Of a stretch of 64,000 nt of DNA, positions 19,555-29,177 are shown in pieces. The position numbers and the translations under genes were made by a program. Positions within the stretch are counted from its first letter, which is position 1, and every line of letters starts with the position of its first letter. The stretch lies in the NCBI GenBank assembly GCA_964549165.1, contig CAZJUH010000001.1, forward strand, positions 863 through 64,862, written 5' to 3'. Origin of the DNA: an uncultured Gammaproteobacteria bacterium. GTDB lineage: Bacteria > Patescibacteriota > Microgenomatia > UBA12405. The notes under the pieces were generated by a model. The model saw only the letters and a list, made by a program, of their open reading frames with translations. It had not been told where the DNA came from and did no database searches.

Positions 19555-22479
19555 TTATTTTCCCATCTCTACCCCCATTTTAATATCCTTCTCCAATTTT
19601 TGATTAAAAAGCAGTTTCCCTCCTACGACGCTCGCCACCGGCTCCACCGCGTTTATTTGCCAATTATTAGGTATAGAAATCAAACTCACCATGTTTGTTT
19701 CTCCGTAGCCACTCTGCTTTTGCACATAATTTAGATAAGAAAAGGTTGTTGTTTTACCCAAATCAATCACAGCGCTATATTTAACTTCAACTTCAATTTT
19801 CTTCCCAATGGGTACCATTACCAAAAAACCCACCTCCTTTTTGCTTCCATTCTGGCTAATTTTTAAATTTTCTCCACTAACTATGTTTTTTCCACTATTG
19901 CCACTCTCACTCCAATTTACTTCCTCCACCCGACTTTCTGCTGGTATGTAGACTCTTAGATAATTCTTATAATCACCCGCCGGCCAGTTGGTACTTTTGG
20001 AAGTGTTTTCGTAAACTATTTTCAGCTTATTTTTGATTGTCTTCTCTCCTATTTCTACCTCTCTTTCAATGTTTCGATACAAAAAATAATTTGCCTTATT
20101 TACCCCCATATTTGCCTCAACAAGATACAAATAATCGGCAAAACAACTAACTTGCTCTGAGCTTGTCGAAGAGCATTTTCCTTCATAAATTGACCCGTCC
20201 CACCCCGCCTCCGCCACTACCCTCGCCGCATTACTTTCATTAAAGCTTATTTGCACCTCGTTTCGATCTAAAAGTTCCACAATTGTCATCAGTAGCTTTT
20301 GCCCCACATTGCCTTCGGCCATTTTTATTTCTTCCATTAATTGTCTACTGACCCCGCCCAGAAAGCTCGCTTTTTGTCCCGAACCAGCAAAAAATTTATT
20401 ATCTGAATAAAACTCAGCCTGTTCATATAAGTTATTTTCGCTTACTTTTTCTTTAAAATCGGGCACAAATATTTCTCCCGTTACGCCGAGTACCGCCTTA
20501 ACCGACGCCAAATTTAAACCAATGACCCCATCCACCTTTCTTCCTGTTTCCTTGTCAAGAAACCACTGGACATCTCTAGAAACAAGGGGAAAACTAGCTT
20601 GCCAATTGGCGTCTCTCATATACCAGCCAGCCTCCCCGAGGTATTTTTTAATTTCTTCGGGTGGTTCCACGTGCCCCCTCAGTTGTCCGTCTGCTTCATA
20701 AATATCGCTAATTTGGAAATTTAAAAACCGTCCACTCTCAAAAGCCAAAATCGCAAAAGAACCAATAAAACCACCCGAGGGTCTAATTTCGTTTTCGTTT
20801 TGTAAAAGCACCATATATTCTCTTCTTTTACCGTCAAGACCAATCATTTCCGGTAGTATTTGGAGTATTTCGTTCATTTTTTCCACTGTTTTTCTTTGAG
20901 TTTCCAGTTTTATCTTTATTTTATTAAGATCTGTTCTAAATCGACTTGGCAGCCAGTCCCATTGTCCCGACAATCTACCTTGCAAAATTCCCATTTTTGA
21001 AATAATCGTTTCCGTTCTTTTTGCCATCTCCGAAAGCTCATTTTCCATTTCAACTTCCCCTTCACCAAAAAGGCCTTTACTAATTTTCTCTCCACTTTTC
21101 ACAAGAGCCAGATTTAACTTTAGCAGATCTATTACTTCGCTCTCAATTCGTAAAAGACTTCCTATTTTTCCAACCTCAAAAATTGCCAAATTCTTTTCGT
21201 TGTTTGTTGCCAGAACTTCTATTTTCTTTTCCGCCTCACTATAATTATTTTCTTCAATGAGACTCTGAATTCTCAAGATATTTTTTGGAATCGTCGCTAA
21301 TTTTACAATATTTACCAGTAGTACGACAAAAATCATCAATAAAACTCCAGCTACCACCCACCCCCACCATTTATTATTCTTTATTGTTTTTTCTTTAGTT
21401 TTTTGATTTTCTTCCTTTTTTACCAGGCGGGTGTCAACTTCGGTTGACATAATAGCCTGGCTTTCCTTTTCCTCCATCTTTCTCTCCGGTATCGGACTCG
21501 TTATAAAATTTTCAAATACAATTTCTTTTTCTTCCTTCGCCTCGCCAAAGTCTTCGGCGAAGGCGGGTTTCTCTTCTTCTTCAATCTCTATCTCAATTTC
21601 TTCTTGTGTTTCCTCTTTAGGTTTTTCCGCCAAAGGCGGATCAGCCTCTGGCTGAAGATTTTTTTCTTCTATTTTTCCCTCTTCCTCCTCTATCTCCACC
21701 TCAAACCTTCTCTCTCTCTTTTCTTCTTCTATTTTTGGCCTAAAATCGCTATTTTTTACAACCGCTTTTTTTCTATTATCCGTATCCACCTTCGCTACAA
21801 AATACTGCACCGCCTCTTTTGCCCCTTGTTTAAAAGGTATTTCAGCCTGCCATCTCAACGCTTGCTGGCTTTCTTTAACCATTTTTTCTTTTTCGGAAGA
21901 CTCTTCATTTTTTGACGAAGCTTGAATTACTTTAGTTCTTGTCATCTTTGCCTCATCAATTAGCACCTCCGCCACTATTTTCGAATTCGTTTCTTTCCCC
22001 CCAATATAAAATATTTTTCCTATTGTTCCAGAGAAAAAACAAGATCTGAGTATTGCCTCAACAAAATCATCAACCATCAGAACCCGATAAAACTCCCCAA
22101 GGCTTGGTAAAACCAAGTTTTTGTTTTTGGCCGCCGTTAAAAAAGCCTGCCCCAAAAAGCCCTCTTCCCCCATTCCCTCCCCATACACATTTTCCCCCAC
22201 TACTATCCTCCAGTTCAATTTAGTTTCGATCAGTTTATTTTTCCACTCCTCAGCCCTATCTTCATTATCAGCTACTAAGACCAATTTTTGATTATTTTCT
22301 AGTCTCATCCACCCACTTTCTCTTCCCTCAAAATCAAAAATATAGGCTGCTTTTTTAGGTATTTCTTCAATATCTCCATCAATTATTTTTATTCCCTGTT
22401 CTTTGAGTTTAGAAACGAGTTTTACCGCTACGTAGTTATCTGTCCCAAAAATAATTGCCACCGAGGTTAAGACTTCCAT
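19555..22479 (-). CDS. Membrane protein: N-terminal cytoplasmic Rossmann-like domain, acidic low-complexity linker, one TM helix, large extracytoplasmic DUF4012-like domain
   Basis: 974 aa. Glu/Lys-rich linker containing the repeat-element-encoded peptides LQPEADPPLAEKPKEE and ESQAIMSTEVDTRLVKKE. TM helix WWGWVVAGVLLMIFVVLLVNIV. Adjacent to Wzx-like and O-antigen-ligase-like genes. Confidence 0.5.
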   Translation of the reverse strand: MEVLTSVAIIFGTDNYVAVKLVSKLKEQGIKIIDGDIEEIPKKAAYIFDFEGRESGWMRLENNQKLVLVADNEDRAEEWKNKLIETKLNWRIVVGENVYGEGMGEEGFLGQAFLTAAKNKNLVLPSLGEFYRVLMVDDFVEAILRSCFFSGTIGKIFYIGGKETNSKIVAEVLIDEAKMTRTKVIQASSKNEESSEKEKMVKESQQALRWQAEIPFKQGAKEAVQYFVAKVDTDNRKKAVVKNSDFRPKIEEEKRERRFEVEIEEEEGKIEEKNLQPEADPPLAEKPKEETQEEIEIEIEEEEKPAFAEDFGEAKEEKEIVFENFITSPIPERKMEEKESQAIMSTEVDTRLVKKEENQKTKEKTIKNNKWWGWVVAGVLLMIFVVLLVNIVKLATIPKNILRIQSLIEENNYSEAEKKIEVLATNNEKNLAIFEVGKIGSLLRIESEVIDLLKLNLALVKSGEKISKGLFGEGEVEMENELSEMAKRTETIISKMGILQGRLSGQWDWLPSRFRTDLNKIKIKLETQRKTVEKMNEILQILPEMIGLDGKRREYMVLLQNENEIRPSGGFIGSFAILAFESGRFLNFQISDIYEADGQLRGHVEPPEEIKKYLGEAGWYMRDANWQASFPLVSRDVQWFLDKETGRKVDGVIGLNLASVKAVLGVTGEIFVPDFKEKVSENNLYEQAEFYSDNKFFAGSGQKASFLGGVSRQLMEEIKMAEGNVGQKLLMTIVELLDRNEVQISFNESNAARVVAEAGWDGSIYEGKCSSTSSEQVSCFADYLYLVEANMGVNKANYFLYRNIEREVEIGEKTIKNKLKIVYENTSKSTNWPAGDYKNYLRVYIPAESRVEEVNWSESGNSGKNIVSGENLKISQNGSKKEVGFLVMVPIGKKIEVEVKYSAVIDLGKTTTFSYLNYVQKQSGYGETNMVSLISIPNNWQINAVEPVASVVGGKLLFNQKLEKDIKMGVEMGK
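21625..21660. repeat. Double-hairpin element encoding PEADPPLAE (copy in the DUF4012-like gene)
   Basis: TTCCGCCAAAGGCGGATCAGCCTCTGGCTGAAGATT has hairpins CCGCCaaaGGCGG and CAGCCtctGGCTG. Other copies: 25297-25333 (intergenic), 35284-35319 (virB4), 59493-59544 (trmH-like); a half copy lies at 7755-7776. Confidence 0.85.
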
Positions 22480-22636
22480 GCTTCTATTCTAAAGCATCTT
22501 TATCCTTGCGGTTATATTTCGGTTATTCTGCGGTTATTTTTCTACTAAATCTGTCATAACTTGTCATACACTCTCCACAAAACGTGAAAATCCGTCATTA
22601 TTCTAAATAGGGGAATATCTCAGAAAGTAGTAATTA

Positions 22637-23839
22637 TCAGCGCTTTTTAAGTCTCCAGCTCATTAGTCCCAGCGATATCGCTTCCGTCAATACCGTCACC
22701 GTTGCCGCCCCCATTATTCCATAGCGGGGAATAGCAATTAAATTGCCGGTCAGATTAAAAATCAAAACAATTAAACCCAGTCCCAGCATATCTTTCTGTC
22801 CCTCTTTAGAAATCAGGGTAAATCCCACCAAATGCCCCATATACGCAAAAAGTAAAGCCATAATTAATATTCTTAGTACCCCCACCGATGCCTCAAATTC
22901 GTTTCCAGCCAGTATCGACACTATTGTCGGTGCCATCAACCACACCCCAATTATTATTGCTATCGAAGCCAGTATCAGTATTCCCATCGATAAACTAAAT
23001 ATTTTTTTATTATTATCTTTTTTTGATGATAATATCGGAAAAATACCATTTACCAAAAAATAGGCCGGCTGAATTAAGACACCGTAGATTTTATAGGCGA
23101 GGCCGTACCAGGCTACCTCTCTGGCACCAAAATATCTTTGAATCATCAAGCTGTCGACTGCTCGATCGTAGGCTGAAAATATCAACAAATAGACCCCCAT
23201 CGGCCAGCTTATTTTAAGCAGTTTACTAATTAGTTTCTTATCTATGAGTCGAAAATTAATCGTTCCTCGACCGAGCCACCAGCCCCAGGCCAGGGTAACG
23301 ATTCTCGCCAGCAAATAAGTTCCAAATACCCATTTTAAACTTATATTTCCTCCAAAAAACCACAGACAAAGCAAAAATATCGTGGGGAACATTACCTCAA
23401 CAAGGACCTTTATTTCCATTCGAATTCGTGTTTGCCAAACAATTCCAAGACTACCTACCAGGGAGGTAAACAAAATCATTACCCAGGCCAATATCGCTTC
23501 CACTCGAATTTCTCTAAAATCATTCCAGGAAAAAATAAAAATTATCCCAAGCGTCAGGCTAAATCCCGCCATTATCAGTCTTGAAACCATCGTATTAGAC
23601 CACACTTTAATTTGTTTTTCGCCTTCTTCTCTAGAGGCCTCCCTCACTCCTATAATTGAAGTTCCAAAATCGGCGAGGCTATCAAAAAAGATTAAAATCG
23701 AAGTAATAAAAATATATTGCCCGTAAACCTCAATTCCCAGCTTTCGAGTTAGAATTCCCGTTGTTATCAAAGACATCAGGACCGTGATTGCCTTTCCTAA
23801 AATTTGCACTCCAGTATTAACCGCCAGCCTCTTAAACAT
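22637..23839 (-). CDS. Polysaccharide biosynthesis protein / Wzx-type flippase (MOP superfamily)
   Basis: 400 aa with about 12 TM helices. The N-terminus (QILGKAITVLMSLITTGILTRKLGIEVYGQY) is typical of the polysaccharide-biosynthesis (Wzx) family. Confidence 0.65.
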   Translation of the reverse strand: MFKRLAVNTGVQILGKAITVLMSLITTGILTRKLGIEVYGQYIFITSILIFFDSLADFGTSIIGVREASREEGEKQIKVWSNTMVSRLIMAGFSLTLGIIFIFSWNDFREIRVEAILAWVMILFTSLVGSLGIVWQTRIRMEIKVLVEVMFPTIFLLCLWFFGGNISLKWVFGTYLLARIVTLAWGWWLGRGTINFRLIDKKLISKLLKISWPMGVYLLIFSAYDRAVDSLMIQRYFGAREVAWYGLAYKIYGVLIQPAYFLVNGIFPILSSKKDNNKKIFSLSMGILILASIAIIIGVWLMAPTIVSILAGNEFEASVGVLRILIMALLFAYMGHLVGFTLISKEGQKDMLGLGLIVLIFNLTGNLIAIPRYGIMGAATVTVLTEAISLGLMSWRLKKR

Positions 23840-23853
23840 TATTTGATTTTACC

Positions 23854-25263
23854 TTAAATGAGCCCTAGTATTATCACCAAAAGCCAAGTGTTTTGGGGGA
23901 GTGTTAGCCAGTAATGATCAAAAAATCCCGTTATCCCTACAATCACCCAGATCCACCAAAATCTATTTTTTGATAATTTTATAATTGTAGATTGTAGATT
24001 GTAGATTATTATTGCTATCCCTAGTATCCCTATTTCACTCCAGGCGAGCAATAGAATATTGTGCACCGGCTGCATCCAGTAAAAATTACCCACTTTATAT
24101 TTCGGTAAATTAACCACAAAATTCCCGGCTCCCACTCCAAAAAGTGGATTTCTTTTTATCATTTTTATCGCCGATACCGCCAGCACTTCTCTTTTTTCAA
24201 TACTATTTGTATCCCAGCCGCCTACAAAATCGCTAATTCGATAATTAACGCTAATTACCCCCAAAATTATCAAAACAACCCCTATTCCTAACAGCAATCT
24301 TCCTATCAACAACCTGTACGGAACATCTAATGGTTTGTACGGAACATCTAATGGTTTGTACGGAACAGTCGCGACTGTTCCCTTCATTTTGATTTTTTTA
24401 TCTTTTAGGATTTCTTCAACTATCAGCATCCCTACCGTCAACACCCATACCACCCTACTTCCCGACAGGACAATTCCCATCATCGCACTCCAGTTTACTA
24501 TCCAGTAAAATATTCTATTAAAATACCCCTGTCCGCCATAACTGCGAAGCTGTTGGCGGAACCACCACCACGCCAGCAGTAAAAATCCGGCCAGGGAGTT
24601 TGGGTGGGAAAAAGTCCCGTAAACTCTTATCCACGCCTGATCAAAAACCCTGAATTGAGCTATCCCAATTCCCCCATAAGTGAATCTTCTCTCTCCAAGC
24701 CACCACCAAATTCCATTTAAGCTTCCACCTTTTACAACCTGGGCCAAACCCAAAAAAGCCTCTATTATAATCCACCAAGGGACTATCTTCATTAAATAGT
24801 TAATAATTTCATTTTTATTTTTACCAAGCAGTTTAATCGTCAACCCCCACTGACCAATCCGAAACCATCTGTAAAGTGCCACCCATTTCGCCGTCGCCAA
24901 AATTATATTTATTCCCACAAACATGGTCAGTATTAAGTTTTTGAAATTTAAAATATTTTGGATTTTTAATTTTTTATTCTTAATTGAATACTGTAGATTG
25001 AAGATTGAAGATTGTCGATTGAAGATTGATGATTTATTTATTACCCACAAAAGCCACATCAAATCCGTTAAGTAAAAAATTATTGACAAATAGTCAATTC
25101 TGATTCCTACCACACTACTTTCTTCCAGCCAAAAATGTCTCCCCAGTTGTGTTGGAATCAACAATAACCAAATTAACAGAAAGATATTTTCGATTTTAGT
25201 CTTTTTTTTCTTTTTATTGAAAATTGAAGATTGTCGATTGAAGATTTGTTTAATTCTCTCCAC
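23854..25263 (-). CDS. O-antigen ligase / polymerase-family (Wzy_C) membrane protein
   Basis: 469 aa, polytopic. Contains a family-typical exported loop with the motif FGVGAGNF. Also contains an in-frame 21-bp tandem repeat and heptad-repeat insertions. The true start may lie downstream of 25263. Confidence 0.55.
   Translation of the reverse strand: MERIKQIFNRQSSIFNKKKKKTKIENIFLLIWLLLIPTQLGRHFWLEESSVVGIRIDYLSIIFYLTDLMWLLWVINKSSIFNRQSSIFNLQYSIKNKKLKIQNILNFKNLILTMFVGINIILATAKWVALYRWFRIGQWGLTIKLLGKNKNEIINYLMKIVPWWIIIEAFLGLAQVVKGGSLNGIWWWLGERRFTYGGIGIAQFRVFDQAWIRVYGTFSHPNSLAGFLLLAWWWFRQQLRSYGGQGYFNRIFYWIVNWSAMMGIVLSGSRVVWVLTVGMLIVEEILKDKKIKMKGTVATVPYKPLDVPYKPLDVPYRLLIGRLLLGIGVVLIILGVISVNYRISDFVGGWDTNSIEKREVLAVSAIKMIKRNPLFGVGAGNFVVNLPKYKVGNFYWMQPVHNILLLAWSEIGILGIAIIIYNLQSTIIKLSKNRFWWIWVIVGITGFFDHYWLTLPQNTWLLVIILGLI
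24316..24382. repeat. In-frame 21-bp tandem repeat (2.3 copies) ending in a perfect 20-bp palindrome
   Basis: (GTACGGAACATCTAATGGTTT)x2 then GTACGGAACAGTCGCGACTGTTCC. GGAACAGTCGCGACTGTTCC is a perfect palindrome. The repeat encodes VPYKPLD repeats in the O-antigen-ligase-like protein. Confidence 0.8.
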
Positions 25264-25345
25264 GCCCTATCCTAACACATTTTGTTCTCTTTGGGCTTTT
25301 CCGCCAAAGGCGGATCAGCCTCTGGCTGAAGATTTTAGACTTTTT

Positions 25346-25855
25346 TTATTTTTTCCTTATCACAATATGCCTCTCTTCTCCCTCACCTTCCGAATCACTG
25401 GTAATTCCCCCGATTTCTGTTAGTATCATATGGCAAATTCTTCTTTCATAAGAACTCATGTTTGAGAGGTGTCTTTCTTCTCCTGTTTCTATTGTCTTAT
25501 TCGCCAGTTCTCTGGCCATGCTTTCCAGTCTTTCTTTCTGTTCTCCTCGGTAATTGTTTATATCGAGAAGTACTCTGACCCACTCTCCTAACTCTTTTTT
25601 AACCATCAAAGACAAGATAAGTTGCAAGGCCGCCATATTTCTCCCCCTAAAACCAATTAATCCGCCTGGTTTATTAACAATTACGCTCACGAGTACCTGT
25701 CCTTCTTCACCGACGACATCTTCGACAAAGGCGTTATCGACCTCATAATTGATTTTTAACAGCAATTCGCAGGTCAGATTTAATATAATTTCGTTTCTTT
25801 TTTTATTATCCATGGTGGCCATTTTATCACAACTTTTATCACTATTTTCTGTCAA
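25346..25855 (-). CDS. jag: Jag/SpoIIIJ-associated KH + R3H RNA-binding protein
   Basis: 169 aa. C-terminal R3H-like segment (SYERRICHMILTEIGGITSDSEGEGEERHIVI). Conserved position after yidC. Confidence 0.7.
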   Translation of the reverse strand: MTENSDKSCDKMATMDNKKRNEIILNLTCELLLKINYEVDNAFVEDVVGEEGQVLVSVIVNKPGGLIGFRGRNMAALQLILSLMVKKELGEWVRVLLDINNYRGEQKERLESMARELANKTIETGEERHLSNMSSYERRICHMILTEIGGITSDSEGEGEERHIVIRKK

Positions 25856-26651
25856 TTTTAGTCATTAACATCTGCTGTCCCACCATTACCGCACTGTTCA
25901 CAAACCAGTAAAGCAGTATCCCAATTGAAAAATTAAAACCGATAAAAATTGTCATCAGTGGCATCATATAAGTTGACTGAGTTCTCATCGCCGCCATCAT
26001 CTCGTCTTCCTTACCCGGAGTTGCTTTTGTATATGCCGTATCGTCAACTGCAGGTAAACCTTTCCGAAGCTCCTTCGGAGCGGAGGAGGGCATCATTTTT
26101 TTAGCGCTCCAAAACTGAAGTAAGCCCGATCCTAGCAGTAAAAACAAAGGCAAAACTAAACTATAGTTTAGTCCACTCCCTATAGCCTTGGCAGGAGTCG
26201 TCGACAAATTGGTTCCGAGAAAGGTATCTTTAAACTTAAAGTTTTCACTGGTTTTAAAATTTTGAATTAGTTGCTGATTCACTGTTTCTCTGGTAATTTT
26301 TCCCTCAGCAAAGCCAGACACCATATTAAAAGCTGAAAAGAAAATCATTAGTACTGCAATTTGCAAAATATTTGGTAGACACCCAGACAGGGGATTAACT
26401 CCTTCTTGTTTATAAAATTCCATTTGAGCTTTAGCCAGACCCTCTTTGTCTTTTCCATATTTTTCTTGTAATTTTTTCAGTTTTGGCTGTAGCTCCTGCA
26501 TTTTTTTAGCAGACTTCAAGCTCGGCAACACCAGGGGTATTAAAATTAGTCTAATAATTACTGTTACCGCAATAATCGACCATCCTAGGTTCCCAAATAA
26601 ATAATAAAAACCAAAAAGAGCGTTAACAAAAGGCGCGGTAAATATGTTCAT
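25842..26651 (-). CDS. yidC: Membrane protein insertase YidC (short, Gram-positive-type)
   Basis: 269 aa. Polytopic, with the conserved YidC/Oxa1 core and C-terminal basic tail. Part of the rpmH-rnpA-yidD-yidC operon. Confidence 0.8.
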   Translation of the reverse strand: MNIFTAPFVNALFGFYYLFGNLGWSIIAVTVIIRLILIPLVLPSLKSAKKMQELQPKLKKLQEKYGKDKEGLAKAQMEFYKQEGVNPLSGCLPNILQIAVLMIFFSAFNMVSGFAEGKITRETVNQQLIQNFKTSENFKFKDTFLGTNLSTTPAKAIGSGLNYSLVLPLFLLLGSGLLQFWSAKKMMPSSAPKELRKGLPAVDDTAYTKATPGKEDEMMAAMRTQSTYMMPLMTIFIGFNFSIGILLYWFVNSAVMVGQQMLMTKIDRK

Positions 26652-26656
26652 GGCTT

Positions 26657-26863
26657 CTATTCTATCAAATCCACCCCACCTCTACCACAAGGATTACATC
26701 GGCCAATTCTTTTTATTCCGAGCCACAAACCCTTTGTCACTCCATATTTTTCCACTGCCTGGTAAGTATACTGGCTACAAGTAGGGATAAAACGACAATT
26801 TTCCCCCTTAGATAAGTATTTTTTATAAAATACTAATAATTTTAAAATAATTTTTTTAAACAC
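26657..26863 (-). CDS. yidD: Membrane protein insertion efficiency factor YidD
   Basis: 68 aa with motifs [10 protein letters not shown] and GRCNPCG. Confidence 0.8.
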   Translation of the reverse strand: MFKKIILKLLVFYKKYLSKGENCRFIPTCSQYTYQAVEKYGVTKGLWLGIKRIGRCNPCGRGGVDLIE

Positions 26864-27159
26864 TCTTCTACTTCTCCTTCTTTTTTATTTAAAATATTTT
26901 TCTTCACCAAAAATATTCCCCGAAAACCTTCTGGAAAAATTTCCATATTCAATCTCACCGCCTCCATTAATCTTCTTTTTATTTGGTTTCTTTCCACCGC
27001 CTTTTTTGAAATCTTCTTGGAAATAATGGCACCAAATGCTTTATTTTCTGTTTTTTTGATCCACACTACCGCAAACAATTCCGTCGCCTTCAATTCTCCT
27101 TTATTTTTTATCTCCTGAAACTCAGCCTTACTCGTAATTCTGTTTATTTTTTTCAGCAC
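26842..27159 (-). CDS. rnpA: Ribonuclease P protein component
   Basis: 105 aa basic protein between rpmH and yidD, with RnpA-like basic helices. Confidence 0.75.
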   Translation of the reverse strand: MLKKINRITSKAEFQEIKNKGELKATELFAVVWIKKTENKAFGAIISKKISKKAVERNQIKRRLMEAVRLNMEIFPEGFRGIFLVKKNILNKKEGEVEECLKKLF

Positions 27160-27183
27160 ACTCTATTATCCCACACCAAACGT

Positions 27184-27324
27184 TTAGACTGTTAATTTTT
27201 TTCTACCCTTAGTTCTTCTCTTTTTAATTATCTTTCGACCATTGGCCGTTTCCATTCTTTTTAAAAAACCATGAACTTTGGCTCTTTTTTTCTTTTTTGG
27301 TTGAAATGTCCCTTTTTGTTTCAT
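27184..27324 (-). CDS. rpmH: 50S ribosomal protein L34
   Basis: Not in the ORF track (46 aa). The minus-strand translation is [46 protein letters not shown], a canonical L34. Confidence 0.85.
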   Translation of the reverse strand: MKQKGTFQPKKKKRAKVHGFLKRMETANGRKIIKKRRTKGRKKLTV

Positions 27325-27530
27325 GCGGTAATTCTACCATCTTTTCTCTTATTTTAGATTTTAGAATTTAGATTTTTTCACTTTCTTCAATTTGACCTCT
27401 TTTCAAATGTGGAAAACTACTTTATGATGATGTGGATAACCCAAAAGGATCTCTTGCCTCGAGACCATTTTTTTACCTGTTTTTAGTTATTTTTTGCTTT
27501 TAGTCTTTAGTCTTTAGACTTTTTTCTATT
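27325..27530. promoter_or_regulatory. oriC part 1 / dnaA promoter region (rpmH-dnaA intergenic)
   Basis: Divergent rpmH/dnaA spacer. DnaA box TGTGGATAA at 27431-27439 (reverse complement of TTATCCACA); near-box TGTGGAAAA at 27410-27418; AT-rich heptad-repeat arrays at 27341-27375 and 27487-27520. Confidence 0.6.
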
Positions 27531-28895
27531 ATGGATCTTGATCAACTTTGGAAAAATACTCAAGAGGAACTTCGTGTTGTTCTCGCTCCTGCCGTCTATC
27601 AAACCTTTGTTGTCAAAACCCAGCTTATTTCTCTTCAAAACTCTGAAGCTACTATTGCCTGTTCTAATGCTTATCTTTGTGATTTAAACCAAAAGCGTTA
27701 TTATCCGCTTTTTAAAAACGCCTTTGATAATCAAACCAAAAAAAATAATAGTCTTAAGTTTATTGTTCAGGAAATAATTAAGAGCGATGAAAACAATAAT
27801 CTCGCTTCTTCACCTCTTTTTTCTTATCAGCCCAAAAGCTCCGCCGCCCATTTTACTCAGGCTGGGCTTCACCCAAACTACACTTTCGATCATCTCATTG
27901 TTGGCAATAGCAATAATTTTGCTTATGCCGCCGCCCAAGGGATTATCAAAAACCCCGGTCTTTCCTACAATCCATTTTTTCTTTGGGGTGGAGTCGGAGT
28001 CGGCAAAACCCATTTAATGCAAGCCATTGGCCACGAACTCCTCAAAAACAAACCTGATTTAAAAATTAAATATTTCCCTGCTGAAACTTTTGGTAATGAA
28101 CTCATCAACGCCCTAAAAACCAAGGCCATTAATCAGTTTAAAAATAAATATCGCCAGCTTGATTGTATTTTAGTTGACGATATTCAGTTTTTAGCCGGCA
28201 AAGAATATATTCAGGAAGAGTTTTTTCATACCTTCAACTCCCTTCATTTAGCAGGCAAGCAGATTGTCCTTACTTCTGACCGTAAACCCGGCGATATCAA
28301 AGAGCTTGAAGACCGTCTTGTTTCCCGTTTTATGGGTGGACTCACTGTCGACATTCAACCTCCAGACCTAGAAATGCGTAGCGCCATTATTCAGCAAAAA
28401 GCCCAAAATAAAGGCATCGACCTCACTTTTGAAGCGGTTCAGTATCTCGCCGACAATATTCAGTCAAACATCCGAGATATTGAGGGTAAAATTCAAGAAA
28501 TTGCTGTTGTTTCCTTAGCTCAAAATCACAAACTGGTTGATATTGATTTGGTTCAAAACTATTTCTCTTCTCAAAACGGTTCTCTCAGCTCCACTTTTTC
28601 TTCCTCCTCTCCCAGGCTCAACGCCAGACATCTCCTTTCGGTTTGTGCTAAATATTTTAACCTAAAAACTGGTGATCTCTGTGGATCTTCCCGCAAAAAA
28701 GAATTGGTTATCGCTCGCCATATTACCGCCCATTTACTCTTAACTGAAATTAAACTACCTCTTAAAGAGGTAGGGGAACTACTTGGTGGTCGTGATCACA
28801 CCAGCATTATGCATGCCAGAGACAAGATTGCCGCTGATCTTCTTACTTCTCCACCATTAAAAGAAGTTATCAACCAAATAAAAAAATCTCTCTAA
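27531..28895 (+). CDS. dnaA: Chromosomal replication initiator DnaA
   Basis: 454 aa. AAA+ Walker A GGVGVGKTHLMQAIG, sensor motifs, and a C-terminal DnaA-box-binding domain. Confidence 0.95.
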   Translation: MDLDQLWKNTQEELRVVLAPAVYQTFVVKTQLISLQNSEATIACSNAYLCDLNQKRYYPLFKNAFDNQTKKNNSLKFIVQEIIKSDENNNLASSPLFSYQPKSSAAHFTQAGLHPNYTFDHLIVGNSNNFAYAAAQGIIKNPGLSYNPFFLWGGVGVGKTHLMQAIGHELLKNKPDLKIKYFPAETFGNELINALKTKAINQFKNKYRQLDCILVDDIQFLAGKEYIQEEFFHTFNSLHLAGKQIVLTSDRKPGDIKELEDRLVSRFMGGLTVDIQPPDLEMRSAIIQQKAQNKGIDLTFEAVQYLADNIQSNIRDIEGKIQEIAVVSLAQNHKLVDIDLVQNYFSSQNGSLSSTFSSSSPRLNARHLLSVCAKYFNLKTGDLCGSSRKKELVIARHITAHLLLTEIKLPLKEVGELLGGRDHTSIMHARDKIAADLLTSPPLKEVINQIKKSL

Positions 28896-29177
28896 ACTTA
28901 TCCACATTTTTAAGGAGATTATCCACCTACTTATTCACTTATTTTACTGATTTTTTCCACCGAAACTTTCCCAAATCCCACTCGCTTACTATAAGCCAAA
29001 AAATATTTAATCAAAACCAATTTTAGGTTAAATTCAACTTACAAACACTAATTTATTAAAAAATATTTGGATTTTTAGGCTTTAGGTTTTAGATTTTTTC
29101 TCTTTCTCCACTTTTCCCCCAGCCCTATTAACAATACTACTATTTTCTAAACCCCCTATCTGTTAATATATAGGTCA
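28896..29177. promoter_or_regulatory. oriC part 2 (dnaA-dnaN intergenic) with clustered DnaA boxes
   Basis: TTATCCACA at 28898-28906, TTATCCACC at 28919-28927, TTATTCACT at 28930-28938. An AT-rich tract and a heptad array follow at 29071-29100. Confidence 0.65.

Noticed and set aside
22480-22636. tRNA or small RNA genes in the larger intergenic gaps (22480-22636, 44373-44500, 61713-61912)
   Set aside because: No acceptor-stem/T-loop (GTTCRANYC) signatures or cloverleaf-compatible pairing were found by eye. A covariance-model scan would be needed to exclude them fully.
24316-24382. Possible CRISPR array (short direct repeats)
   Set aside because: Only 2.3 contiguous copies of a 21-bp unit with no spacers. 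It lies inside a CDS and keeps the frame. No CRISPR-like repeat-spacer structure was seen anywhere in the window.
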